A stretch of 64,000 nucleotides of DNA from Nemertoderma westbladi (GCA_032718475.1 JAUCBJ010006844.1:39006-103005); one strand, 5' to 3'. Numbered from the stretch's first letter, positions 10,101 to 20,584 are shown. Numbers and translations are program-made. The notes: generated by a model not told the origin, from the sequence alone.

Positions 10101-13100
10101 AGACACTTAAATCCGTCCAATGGCAAAGCTTTCCGTTCTTGTCGAGTGTGTTGGTCTCTCGGAAGTAGGGAATCTAGTTCTACCGAAATTCTGTGTCCCT
10201 TGAGGTCTCCTACCCCGTGCATAGACTTCAACTCTATTTGGATCTCCTCGGCGTCCTGGAAGCTAGAAACGGCTCTCGCCACTTCCTCGTCGATATACGA
10301 TAATGTGGACGCAGTGTCCAACATCACATATATTCGCTTTGATCCCTTATCGCCAGTAAGTTTCACCGGAATCACGCTAAATATTTCCGACGTGGCCGAT
10401 GATAAATACGTCCGTGCGCTGGTCGATGAACTATCCGCGGTGAAACCTTGGCAGGTCACTTCTCTCGCGCTCGACTCGCCATCCTCGTCCGACGAACCTG
10501 GTTGGTAACCATCGTCCTGAATGCCGGTATACGTATTCCTCCTTATCGATACGGGTTCTTTGCTCCCCTTCCTTTGAGGATTTCGCTGTAAGTAACGGTC
10601 CGTCGGGGTGTGGAAATCCGCATGTAGCAACTTGTGATGTAGTCTGCCGCATTCCATGCATCCGTCCTTGCTGTTCGGGCACTGCCGCCGTACATGACCT
10701 GGCGCAAGACATGCCCAACAGGTGTCCAACGTCCGCACTTGAACTCTTCTCTGTTCCGAATTTAATTCTTTGAACCGTCTGCAACTATCTAACTTATGGT
10801 CGTCAGATCTTACCTCCTTTAGTAAACAGTATTGGCAACCTACAAATCCATCCGGCAACTCCTGTTGCTTTAACCTAGGTCTATCTAACCGCTCACCTGA
10901 CCATACTCGCGAGTCTGATCTAAAGGCTGGGGTACTCGAATTATATCTGTCTACTGAGTTAAATGTCACAGTGGTCCTGTCATCGTCAAAACTTACCATA
11001 GACTTACCGGTAACAGGTTTAGACTCCCTCATATTCTCTTCTGAGAAGTTTGATTTCATCTCTGCTACTGCGTCTGTGGCTATCATGTCATGAATATGCT
11101 GAAGTGTCAATACTTTACCTTGGCCCTCCAACTTATTCTCTAATTTACGCCATTTCTGTCGATAACGCATGTTTAAACGTCTTATTACGCTTTTCAAAAC
11201 TTCGGCGTGATCACCATGATGAGGTAGATTCACCGTCCTCAAGATGTCCAATGCGTTCGAAATAGCGTTCGCTAAGTTCAACAGCTCTAACGGAGTTGTA
11301 ATCCTTCCGCCCTTACCCAAGTCTTCTACTATCGACTGCGCCATCTTCGTTTTATTCCCGTAGATGTCACTAAGCGTCTTCATCGCTAACTCGAATGCCC
11401 TTTCATTGCCGACGAAGTTATCAGCAATGGCTCTAGGTTCTCGATGGAGCATCTGAAGCAAATAGTTGAACTTCTCGTTGGGAGTAAAGGTGCTGTTGGT
11501 TAGCTGCTCGTCGACATAGGTTTTGAAGGTCCTCCAGTGCTTGTGGTTGCCCATAAACTTCTGGGGTTGTTGCGTCGGCAGTCCTTGCCTAGCAGCAAAC
11601 TTACCTATGTCCCTAAGGGTTGCGTCGTTCCGGGTTAACAAATGGTTTAGTTCCGCAGGGTTGTTAAGTCTGGTCCTTTCCCGGTGGTTCCAACTTACCT
11701 GCTCCGCGTCGGTCCTTCTTTCCTTATAGTTTCGGGACTTCTGACGTCTCATGTCTTCCTCTTCATCACTCGATTCTGTGTCAGTCCTTAGCACTCGCGA
11801 TGGTTTGCGCGCTGAGGCCCTGACCCAAGCGTCCTGAATAAATTTCTCGGCCGAATTTTCGAAATTGGGATTAGAGATGTTCGGGACAGGCGTCCTTACC
11901 TGAGGTCTATGTGGTATAGTCTCCTCCGATATGCGTACTCGTTGACTAGGCTGGACTTTATCTAACTCAGGCCTGCTAGGATTTGAATTACTTCTTACCT
12001 GGGCTGCTTCCTTTAACCGTAGGTTGCTAAGCATGTCCGTTATAGGTTGGATGTGCGGCGATATAGCTTGCGCTAAACTAGCACTTAACTCATCCCTCGT
12101 AATAAATTCCTGGCTAGGGTTCTGTTGTATAGTCGGCTCTATCTGAGTAATCCGCTGTCTCTCATATGATCCCTCTTCCGGTTTAACCCGGAAGTTCTCC
12201 GTCGAACTGGGTCGGCGCTCCGTCCGCGTATTCCAAACCCGCGGGTTCGGTTCGCCCAATACTCGGCCCGTCGGAGTTTCTTCTCTAAATTCTTCGTTGT
12301 CGCGTTCGGTGTATAGTGGTGCGGTGTTCTGATGCCGTGGATTCTGCGCGATAGGTGAAGCACTAATACCAACTGGCGTGCGATATGTAGAGAATGGTTT
12401 AGCGATCCGTGTACTCGTAATAGCTGGACCGGGTATAGGAATTCTGGTCGTCGTCGACTCGCGTATGGTCGGAGTTCTCGCTTCCTGTTCGGCCTTCTGC
12501 AGTGCGAACAGTTCTCGCAACTCTGTCCCTACACTCGCCCCACATTCTTCGATCATTCGCATCCCCTTCTCGGCGATTTCGTTCGCCTTCCTAGTCCGTT
12601 CTTCGCTCTCTAAACTTAATCTCGCACTTTCCAACTGCGCCAGTTTACGCTCTTCTTCTTCCCTCGCTCGTCTCGCTGCGCTCTCTTCTTCCACTCGCGC
12701 CTTTTCTTCATACAATGCGCGTCTTCTTTTCTCGATCTCGAGTTCGCGTTCCTTGCGTCCGCGTTCGAGTTGAAGCTCGCGCTCCTTCTGTTCACGATCG
12801 AGTTTCTTGCGCTCGCGTTCGGCTTGGAGTTCGCGTTTCTTCGCTTCCTGTTCGCGTTCGAGTTGGAGTTCGCGTTTCTTCGCTTCCCGTTCGCATTCAA
12901 GTTGGAGTTCGCGTTTCTTCGCTTCCCGTTCGCGTTCTCTCTGTTCGCGTTCGAGTTCCTCGCGCTCGCGCTCGGCTTGGAGTTCACGTTCCCTTTGCTC
13001 GCGTTCCGCTCGCTCGCGCTTACTTATCTCTTCCAACTCTCGTAACTCTGCGTCCAACTTACGTGTGCGCTCCCGTTCCCGCTCGGCTTCCTTCCGTGCT

Positions 13101-14167
13101 TCCTGTGCACGCAAAACTTCCGCCTGCTGTTCGTCTAGTCGGCGTCTTCTCTCCTCCGCCGAGTTGTGAGAAACAAGGGATCTAGCACATATTACCTTAC
13201 CTCGCGCGTGACTAACCTGGGAATCGCCGCTGTCTCTAGATGCGTCGTCGGGTGGAGTCAACGTCCTCTGTTGAATGTTCTCCGTCGTCGGTAGCACCTG
13301 GCCTGGTACCACCACTCCATTCTGCATCAGCCAGCTAGTAACTTCCCTCTGATAACGGCGCTCTTCCTTATCTTGGATCTCTTCTCGCTCCACTAACTCT
13401 CTCAACTCTGCGTCACTCACTTGAGTCGCCTGCGCTTGTGATGCCCATAGCAGCCAGTTCTCCGTCCTAACTCGTCGGAATCGCTCCGATAACTCGCGGT
13501 GCTCCAACAAGGCTGCTAAAACCCTGTCGTAAATCCTCGTCGCCACGTCGCTCGACTGAGACTCTACTGCCTTCTTCGCTAGGACTGCAAGCTCCTCCGT
13601 CTGCTTGAATAACGCTGAGTTATATCCTCTTCTAATCTCTACTAACTCTACCCTCCCGATGTTCGCTGGGTCAGCTAACATCTTCCTTACCTTGTCCGCC
13701 GTCCGGGTTATATGTCCGGCATGCGCGCGAAGTTTCTTCTTTATCGCGATATCGAACTCTCTATCACTCACCTGACTTACGCTCGGTGGACTTGAAGGAT
13801 TATTTCGGGAACTACGGGTACTCCTAACAGCCGTCGGGACCACGGCACTTACCATACCCACAGGTCTGGAAACCGGGCTCCGGGCTCTCGCTTCTGCTAC
13901 ACTACCCTCCCTATCACTCACCTCTGTCCGGGCTGCTGTACAGTCCTTCCTTACAGTAGCGGTAGGGGATCCTAATACTATTACTTGAGGTTGTTGTTCT
14001 TCCTCACTAGTCACTGTCTCGTCCTCCTGTTCACTTACGTCAGCGTCGCTCGCTGCGTCGTCATAGTCGGCATTGTCATCAACAGTAATGTTTACGCTAT
14101 CGTCAGTCGGCGGTCCAGCCGCCGTCTCGTAGCTGTCCTCTAGTGCCTCCTTGTCTGAGACACTCAT
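7178..14167 (-). CDS. gag-pol: BEL/Pao gag-pol polyprotein of element A (coiled-coil, gag, Cys/His motifs, aspartic protease, RT, RNase H)
   Basis: KFMGNHKHWRTF/EKFNYL gag core. CQYC..H..C, CWACLAPGHVRRQC, CMECGRLHHKLLH. LDTAS protease. YYLPHH and YMDD in RT. FSDAS, PRAELQAA, WTDA, NPADITSR in RNase H. Confidence 0.96.
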   Translation of the reverse strand: MSVSDKEALEDSYETAAGPPTDDSVNITVDDNADYDDAASDADVSEQEDETVTSEEEQQPQVIVLGSPTATVRKDCTAARTEVSDREGSVAEARARSPVSRPVGMVSAVVPTAVRSTRSSRNNPSSPPSVSQVSDREFDIAIKKKLRAHAGHITRTADKVRKMLADPANIGRVELVEIRRGYNSALFKQTEELAVLAKKAVESQSSDVATRIYDRVLAALLEHRELSERFRRVRTENWLLWASQAQATQVSDAELRELVEREEIQDKEERRYQREVTSWLMQNGVVVPGQVLPTTENIQQRTLTPPDDASRDSGDSQVSHARGKVICARSLVSHNSAEERRRRLDEQQAEVLRAQEARKEAERERERTRKLDAELRELEEISKRERAEREQRERELQAEREREELEREQREREREAKKRELQLECEREAKKRELQLEREQEAKKRELQAERERKKLDREQKERELQLERGRKERELEIEKRRRALYEEKARVEEESAARRAREEEERKLAQLESARLSLESEERTRKANEIAEKGMRMIEECGASVGTELRELFALQKAEQEARTPTIRESTTTRIPIPGPAITSTRIAKPFSTYRTPVGISASPIAQNPRHQNTAPLYTERDNEEFREETPTGRVLGEPNPRVWNTRTERRPSSTENFRVKPEEGSYERQRITQIEPTIQQNPSQEFITRDELSASLAQAISPHIQPITDMLSNLRLKEAAQVRSNSNPSRPELDKVQPSQRVRISEETIPHRPQVRTPVPNISNPNFENSAEKFIQDAWVRASARKPSRVLRTDTESSDEEEDMRRQKSRNYKERRTDAEQVSWNHRERTRLNNPAELNHLLTRNDATLRDIGKFAARQGLPTQQPQKFMGNHKHWRTFKTYVDEQLTNSTFTPNEKFNYLLQMLHREPRAIADNFVGNERAFELAMKTLSDIYGNKTKMAQSIVEDLGKGGRITTPLELLNLANAISNALDILRTVNLPHHGDHAEVLKSVIRRLNMRYRQKWRKLENKLEGQGKVLTLQHIHDMIATDAVAEMKSNFSEENMRESKPVTGKSMVSFDDDRTTVTFNSVDRYNSSTPAFRSDSRVWSGERLDRPRLKQQELPDGFVGCQYCLLKEVRSDDHKLDSCRRFKELNSEQRRVQVRTLDTCWACLAPGHVRRQCPNSKDGCMECGRLHHKLLHADFHTPTDRYLQRNPQRKGSKEPVSIRRNTYTGIQDDGYQPGSSDEDGESSAREVTCQGFTADSSSTSARTYLSSATSEIFSVIPVKLTGDKGSKRIYVMLDTASTLSYIDEEVARAVSSFQDAEEIQIELKSMHGVGDLKGHRISVELDSLLPRDQHTRQERKALPLDGFKCLAMKGFGRQLGKVPPMSPIAQEYFDKLRVPRHQVGYRNVSMLIGAEQLIAHQIWETRPAEPHVNGPHAHRTILGWYTRVPMSYEFTGGDKPMNRYDELQPITQPPLVEPPDIDEFRRTCIDHYSDFSESDEELIPDNVRLSEPLHNDRTDSEPEDYCYQTRGSGSAAHATYLTNVLTYTDIVEGQVAKYRDLDIFQYSEEELQKELIRQDLETGARTVEWLDRDAMEPGGYDLAMSTDEKRSLEMMEDTIRLLPTGHFEVGMLWRRQPPKLENNYNLALKRLNGVRARLLKNPDIREKYCAQINNYFAKGFAGKVEDPDLVTDQTYYLPHHYVTHPDKPDKVRVVNDCAAVYRGMSLNSELMDGPNLNNYLIGILLRFRQRRFAFTCDIEAMFHQVRACKADQDSLRFLWFENEDLSGPVVIYQMYVRIFGARDSPNGTLFVLKKTATAQIGKYPVEVIESILRNFYMDDGLVSKDTAEQAIEVAHGLQECLATGGFPLTKFTTNSEALLESFPVKDRGSGDIELGVEPIPMARVLGLAWNPNSDKFQVRVRFEPSSPDKVLTKRICLSTLSRLFDPMNFISPVILQARACMRKIWLSDLEWDEPISPIHAKQWREWEAELHLLKNIDVPRSYFPNQLVFPTDLELHLFSDASDTGFGMVAYLRREVSQDKFETAFVTSRSKTMPVKYMTVPRAELQAAVVSVEVSKQITEELDTTLTLFYWTDASLVLVYIAADNIALKTFVANRRAQIVDFSTKEQWRHCPGVLNPADITSRVAMPAEFCQEESQEFWLHGPNFLTRTQEHWPERLKIVTNPMPEDAEVKVEKVSKSKSKAKLKSLERPEESLERPEELLERPGDLSDQQTYVTTRSGRVSYDIKPPLQTGRQSQLVSDGQKMTDTMEPLVSKPAGLDSKLPLVSGQPSLALESCSVYDKLLNSSASWLTICKRTAWLSRYVSYLCLKHSKHLREPSSANSE
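12720..13050 (-). repeat. Coding tandem repeats (~39 bp) producing the E/R/K-rich coiled-coil of gag
   Basis: Repeated GAGTTCGCGTTTCTTCGCTTCC units, translated as AKKRELQLERE-type repeats. Confidence 0.85.
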
Positions 14168-16847
14168 AGTCTAAATAATGTTTGCCTTCCGGCAAAATAT
14201 CTCGCAAAAGTTCGAGATATAATTATAATTTAACCGAAATACGGTCAAATTATTTGTCAAATAATCAGTTGGTCCAAATGTCAAAAATAAATTCGCAATG
14301 CAATATTGTGAATTTAATGGGGTATATAGTTATAGCAAATACTAACACAATATTTAAACAAAATATTATTATATAGCTACTATATAATATTAAATACCGG
14401 TATAGCACAAAATAACTTTTGAATCTAATACAAAATATTCAAAATAAACTTGCCACCCGAATATTTCTAATTTTATATATAGCTCTAATCAACGTAATTT
14501 TAATTTCAAATATTATATGTATCCACTAGCGCGTGGCTACATCTTCGGGTTGCGACTCTCTCTAACTCTCTCTCTAACTTGAGCGATTCAAAAAACCATG
14601 GCCGGCTAAACCTAAATATCCTAACTAATAAATTGAGTTCAGCTTCGCAGTTAAACAACCGGTAATTTTTTACTGCTTCCACAAACACAGTGGTGCCAAC
14701 AGAACAACTAACCTTGTTTGCTGTGAGATTCCACGTCCGCGTCCAAAGATTCAGGCCCTTCGCTGATTGCAAACCGAACCCGCAGACCCACACGAACCCC
14801 AAACTCAGAAGTTCCGTCTTGCCATGTATCTCCAGATGGTATAAAATAACTAAGCGGTTACCTAACATACCGGTACAAAACTCTAGAATTTTACAAAATA
14901 ATTTTGACCGAAAACTGAATTCTCGCAAACCTAGCTAAAATTTTCAAAAAACTTACTAATTACTGTTTGCCCTAAGGCCTAAGGAACTGCTGTATTCGCA
15001 ATTAGCAAAACGCACTACCGTACATCCACTGTATGCAGTACAGTAAGTAAAACAGTACACCAACCTAACAGCCTAATGATACTGTGTGTGGTACGGCAAA
15101 CAAATGTCCCTTCTACCGTACGCAGTAACAACAATCAGCCTAATGTACTACTGTACTATTGTACGCAGCCAGTGAATACAGTAATCTAAACTAACAGCCT
15201 AAAAGAATATACTCAATGTTCTACCGTACGCTAGCCTATAGCCTACAGCAGACGATCACGTGCTCTAACTTATTACTTAATACTGTGATACTACTATCAG
15301 CCTAAGAATACTATATTGACCGCTGCAAGCAACAGCCAATAACGCGTATTACTGATACGAAGTATCAGTAATCTAAACTAACAGCCTAAGAATACTCTAT
15401 TTACTGTACGCTACAGCCTACAGCAAACAGTGCGCGTATTACTGATAAACAACCGCGACCTCTATACTAACAGCAGAACTGTTGAACAGACCAATACCCG
15501 TTAATATCCTTCTGCCAACCTAATAAGTTCTTGTCTAACCAATAAGACACAAAGACTGCTCTACTGTTAAGTAAAGGGGCTCAGGAGCGTGATATTACTA
15601 AATTGTAAGGGTTGCTAAATACAAAACCGCTACTTACCGTTAGATGGCGCTAATCTGCCGTCCACTAATATATTTTACTAATTTTACACAACTCCTGCAA
15701 AATCGCTTGTTCCTTTCTCTACCGATTGCTCAATAGAGAGCTAACTGTTCGAATCTATGAGCCACGCGGGAATAACCAAAACAATAAACCCGAGTCGGCT
15801 CCCTAAGCTTACTTAAGACGAGTGCGAGAGGCCTTGCACTCAGAGTATTCTTACGCCTAATTTTATCACTATTAAAGCACGCTATTACCTACGTCTTTCT
15901 AATCGCGAATACTGGAGGTTCCCTAACGTAATGTGTGAATGCGAGAATATTTAAAATATCAAAATGGTACAGTATCTGTTTCTACGTGGATAATACCACT
16001 CCGAGTCTAAAACTGCCCGCGACTGGCTTTAGGCCAGCAAAATTACTAGCGTATCGTGCGTACCGAATAGTGCGTTCTAGCTGATTGCCCGCTAATGCAA
16101 ATAACCGCTCAGCGTGAATAGTTTACAGTACACTAATTATTACCTTAGCTACTCTCCGCTATGCTGCGTACTAATTCTTAATTTTTTACTAATTAATTAC
16201 AGTCACAAATATTTAACAGCGTACTAATTACTAAGAGTTCCAGAATACGTAATTCTAATTTATCACGCAACAGGTTTCGCTAGTAATAGCCTAAATTGCC
16301 GTATTACTTTGACCTAATCAATAACTAATTATTGTAACTAAGAAATAGAAATCAATCAAAGGAAAAAGAGCGCCTATCTAAGCATTCGTAATCTTAGGCA
16401 CACTTCAATAACACACCAATCAGCGTTAGAAATCACAGTTTACAATTGTGCAATTCACTACTCGTACTCCACACTCAACGTTTTAATACGCGCAGGCCTC
16501 TCCCGGGTACATCTAGGATTCCTAACTAACCCAATTCCTGCCCCCCTAATACTAAATAGAGACAAAACCTGGATCATCAGCCCCCTAGATACTGTACCGG
16601 CGATCGGTCTGCGTGCCGCAGTGCAAGATACCCGCCCGCAACGGTGACCCTGGCCAGCGTTGCCCGCTTTGAATCCTCCGCTCTCTCCTAGTCGCTCAAC
16701 CCCCCGATGCGCCCACCGCCCACTGGCACCTTAGCCCTCCATGATGCTAATAGCTACCGTAGCGGCGCATGCAAATCACAAAGTCTGACAGTCTCAGGAA
16801 TCCCTTGGGATTATTGCGCAGAAAAGAATCACATAGAACCATCAATC

Positions 16848-17621
16848 AAAGGTAGAAATCATAGTTCGATTGTAATTTGCAGTAATCGAAGGAATTATTG
16901 AGAAACACAAGCAAAGTAATCGCACTAGCAAATCATTCCAAGAAATTAATCAAAATTAGCAAATTGCAGAAAATACGATATCCTAATACAAAATTAGAGA
17001 CAGCTCAGCAAGTAAATTGTAACAGGGGTGTGTCATGTGATAAGGCATGAACATATGAACAAATATATGAACAACAATATGAACAACAAAAGGTCCTACC
17101 GGCACACCGCCAATTTATAGGTGATCCGGATGGGGTGATGCAATAAGGTGACTCAATCGCTCTCCCATTGGCTCTCCAGTCCATGCTAGCATTAAACCAA
17201 CCTGGAAGCAGTTAATCCAATAAGGAGACCGGATTGTAGCCCTATGCCCTCAAATTATTACCATATATGGTAATGGATCACGTCTCTGGCTGCTGAATGG
17301 CCAGGACAGCGTCCCTATATGCTAGCCCTATCAAACTAATATCAGCAAGCACAAAATCCAGGGTCCGAGTAAACTCGCTACCCTGGAACTATCTACATAT
17401 ATCCTAATACAAAATTACGTAGGTAGGGCTACATACTATACAAAATGAATGGATGCAAAATATATGGGCGTTTTAACTTCCTTACCTAAATGTCACCACA
17501 CTGCGCCTTATCTAAATAATTATACTGCACAACAGACTAATATTACGTACAGTATAACGGACTAATACTGCATACTGCATAATGGACTAATACTGTGGAT
17601 ACAGCGCCATATACCGTAACA
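16848..17621 (-). repeat. 5' LTR of element A (minimum extent; inner boundary not determinable)
   Basis: Identical to 1-774 except one base. Begins TGT at 17621 and abuts an RTE relic. Confidence 0.95.
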
Positions 17622-18360
17622 AAAGGAGATTTCGGTATACCAACAAACTATCGTGGGATCTGTCTGCTTGTGGTAATTGCAAAAATATACAACAACAATG
17701 ATTCTATATAGGATTAGGCCTCACATAGCAGCAGAAACTACTGCGTAAGAGCCAAAACCGATTTCGACCAAGTAGATCAACAATAGCTCAGATACTTGCA
17801 CTACGGAGAATGAATGAGGGACTTAAATCAAACGATCTCCCCAGTCCTGAAATTTGTGGACTTTAAGAAATCATTGGACTCCATCCATAGAGGTAAAATG
17901 ATGGGAATCCTATGACCTTATGGAATACCATAAATAATTGTCGCTGGCATATGATTGTTATATTGTGACACAGAATCTCAGGTACTCTCACTAGATGTTG
18001 AAACAGGGTTCTTCTCAATCCTGGCGGGTGTACTGCAATGTAACATATTGGTGCCATTACTATTTGTAATTGTACTGGATTATGCAATGAGGATGGAAAT
18101 AAATGGTGAAGATCTGGGATTCACACAACAAGAATGTAGAAGTAGCAGATATCCGGCAACTACAGTCAACCGACTTCGCAGATGACATCATACCACTCTA
18201 TAATAATGCAGGATTGCATATGAATGCTACTACGATCAAATTAATAACTTTTAATGTTGATGGAAACTTGACAAAAATCGATAATAATCAACTAAGGAAG
18301 GTCAACGATTTCCAGTACCTTGAGTGATGGATAGAGAGTAGCAAAAATGATATAGAAATG
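17622..18360 (+). pseudogene. Degenerate RTE-clade LINE reverse transcriptase fragment (target of element A insertion)
   Basis: Translates in pieces to KGDFGIPTNYRGI...ILAGVLQ...DFADDI...DFQYLE. Clearly similar to the reverse complement of 42400-43190. Confidence 0.9.
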
Positions 18361-18682
18361 TTGCTGCAGATGTGTTTTCTGCAGTCTCGATTTACTTATT
18401 TTGAGTATTCTAGATTTAAAGTCCATGATTTGTTTAGTTAATTAATTTACGGACAGATTTATTTTGTGTTACTGGTTAGTAGTTAATTTCTATTAAAGGC
18501 TACACCCAGGCCTGATTTAGTTGATTGAGACACCACCTAGTGTTGTTATGCGCATATTTGTTGTATAGTATTAGGTGCTTCTTTAAACCGCACAGTGGTG
18601 CCTGAATGCCATTAGTTGTTTCTCTAGCCTTCCATATATATAGCGGCAGTTAGTGAACATGCTTTATCATATTTTAACGTAG

Positions 18683-18898
18683 AAATGAGATCCTTCCAGG
18701 CTTCCCGATTCTCCATAGTTGTCTCAATTTCGTTTCTATCAAATTGTTATGGCCGGTTGTCCACGGCTACGCTTTCCATGAGTTGGTTGCCAGAAAAGTA
18801 GATCTGGTTTGACCTCGTCTTTACTTCGCCAGCAGTGCCCACTGAATCATAATCTGCATTCATGGAGGGTGGTTGGTACAAGTGGTATTGTACCATAA
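18683..18898 (-). mobile_element. 3'-end fragment of the same RTE family
   Basis: Near-copy of 41919-42165 (AATGAGATCCTTCCAGGCTTCCCGATTCTCCATAG...). Confidence 0.85.
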
Positions 18899-18959
18899 AA
18901 CTTATAAAAACTGAAACTTATAAAACTATATATATATATAAAACTTATAAAATCTATTA

Positions 18960-20167
18960 ATGTTCTTACCAGAACATTAAACAAAGTATATTTATGGCCT
19001 ACTGTGCAATCGAGAAACTGAAATCTATTAATGTGCGCGCTTTTAGACTTTTAGCAGTTTAACCTGCCAATTTTAGTTGTCCTCTTGTTTATAAATCGAC
19101 TTTAGCCTATATCAATTACTTAGTGTACTGAAGTTACATCAGCCGAAGCCAGTCTGTGCGCGACCTTTCACCCACGGTTTTGGGAGACTGGATTCGGATT
19201 CCTTGAGAGTTATTGCAGTCTAGACCTACTGTATTATTTGATTGATATTTACGATATAATCTCTGACAATATATTTACTTTCGGGGAAATATTAACAGTT
19301 CCTTTAGGACGTGGCGCTTTAAGTATAAAAACAGAGTTATGACTTATACTAATCACAACTAGATGGCCACAGAGTTTCGTAAATAGCGCATTCTTTAGGA
19401 GATGATTTATTAACCTTCACACTACTTCACACTGCTTCACACTACTTCACACTACTTCGCACTGATCTGCCGACCGTCACTGAATTTGATCATATATAAG
19501 GAGGATCACAACTGACACATGTAGGGATTATGAAATAGCATTTAATTCACACAAAACCAATATTATGTAAGTTGCAGTTGCTACCGGTAAACCTGTTCCT
19601 CTTACCTCAGTAATCAATAAGATTGGGGTGTTTATGATTATTTATCGGTATTCTCCAAATATAACAGCAATATCCATTAATATAACAACAATTAATAACA
19701 GAAGTAAAATAATACGGTGAACAGTCAGTATGTGTTACTTATGCAGGTAAAAACCATAATGTTCAGTAGAATGACAAGTAAGTAATAATCCAGGTAGGTG
19801 AGTTAAGTTAATAGATTTATGTTCTTATAATCAAGGCCATCTGATGTTTCCTAGGCCAAAGTCTGAAACTTCTACACCGAAGCACAGAAGATTCCGAGCC
19901 GGTTCTGATGCTCAGAAAAAAGTAAACAAAGACCGTAATGCATTGCGTGAGTTTCCATAGGCCTCTGTTAGACATAAAGGGAAAATCGCTCTGATTGGCT
20001 GAATAGGCAGAACAAAGAGGTTCCACGTCCACAAGAAATCAGCTGACAGATTTCGTCATCTGGGCTCTAATTCCTTCCCGTCACGCAGTTGGATAAATTT
20101 AGGGCTATTTTAGAGTATTCTGCGCATTGCGGAAAAATGACTTGTTATGTCCGCAAAAGCTTTTACA
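18960..20167 (-). mobile_element. LTR relic of a family related to element B, inverted orientation
   Basis: - strand begins TGTAAAAGCTTTTGCG, like 47467. Shares blocks such as GCGCACAGACTGGCTTCGGCT, CCTAAAGGAACTGTTAATATTTCCC and GGTTAAACTG with 47467-49860. Confidence 0.8.
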
Positions 20168-20584
20168 CCTATCCTAGCTTTGAATTTCATGGCTGAGCCC
20201 ACCCCTTGTTTGTTGTATTTAAAGCATGATACTAAATACACAAGATTGTTGCGTCAAATGTCATGTTACATCTAATTAATTGTACACTGTTTATTTTATC
20301 CCTAGTATTTTATAGGTATATAGGTTTATTTATAGGTAACATCGCCTTACATAGTACACATGTAGATCTTTTGCAGTTTGTTGCTTCCCCTATTGTTTAC
20401 AGTTTATTGTAATGATTCTCTTTATATTTTGAAGGCGCTAGTATGATGTGTAAAGTTGGTTTAAACGCTGTGCTGACAGTGTCAGCATAACATTGTGCTG
20501 ACAGTGTGCAGCTAATGTGCTGTCAATTTGCCGACAGTGTTGGCAATACGTTGTGCCGACAGTGTTGGCATTATGTTATACTGA

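Larger units (their letters stand above)
1..17621 (-). mobile_element. Element A: large BEL/Pao (Belpaoviridae-type) LTR retrotransposon with gag-pol plus an extra exonuclease/zinc-knuckle ORF3; 3' LTR cut by window start
   Basis: Direct repeat 1-774 = 16848-17621, beginning TGTTACGG on the - strand. Internal gag-PR-RT-RH-IN order with BEL signature motifs. PPT-like tract next to the 3' LTR. Confidence 0.96.

Noticed and set aside
14506-14928. 140-aa upstream ORF in the leader of element A
   Set aside because: No ATG start, no recognisable motif, no counterpart in element B.
14168-16847. Primer-binding site and inner LTR boundary of element A (same search in B, 49814-51750)
   Set aside because: No convincing CA-TGG tRNA-complementary site found by eye, and the partner LTR ends lie outside the window.
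17622-18898. Twin-priming inversion of one RTE insertion
   Set aside because: The two fragments are consecutive parts of the family but are arranged tail-to-tail with unrelated DNA between them, which is not twin-priming geometry.
18536-20172. Complete solo LTR 18541-20167 with CCTAG/CCTAT TSD
   Set aside because: TSD is imperfect and homology to B's LTR is not visible left of ~18960. Possible but unsupported.
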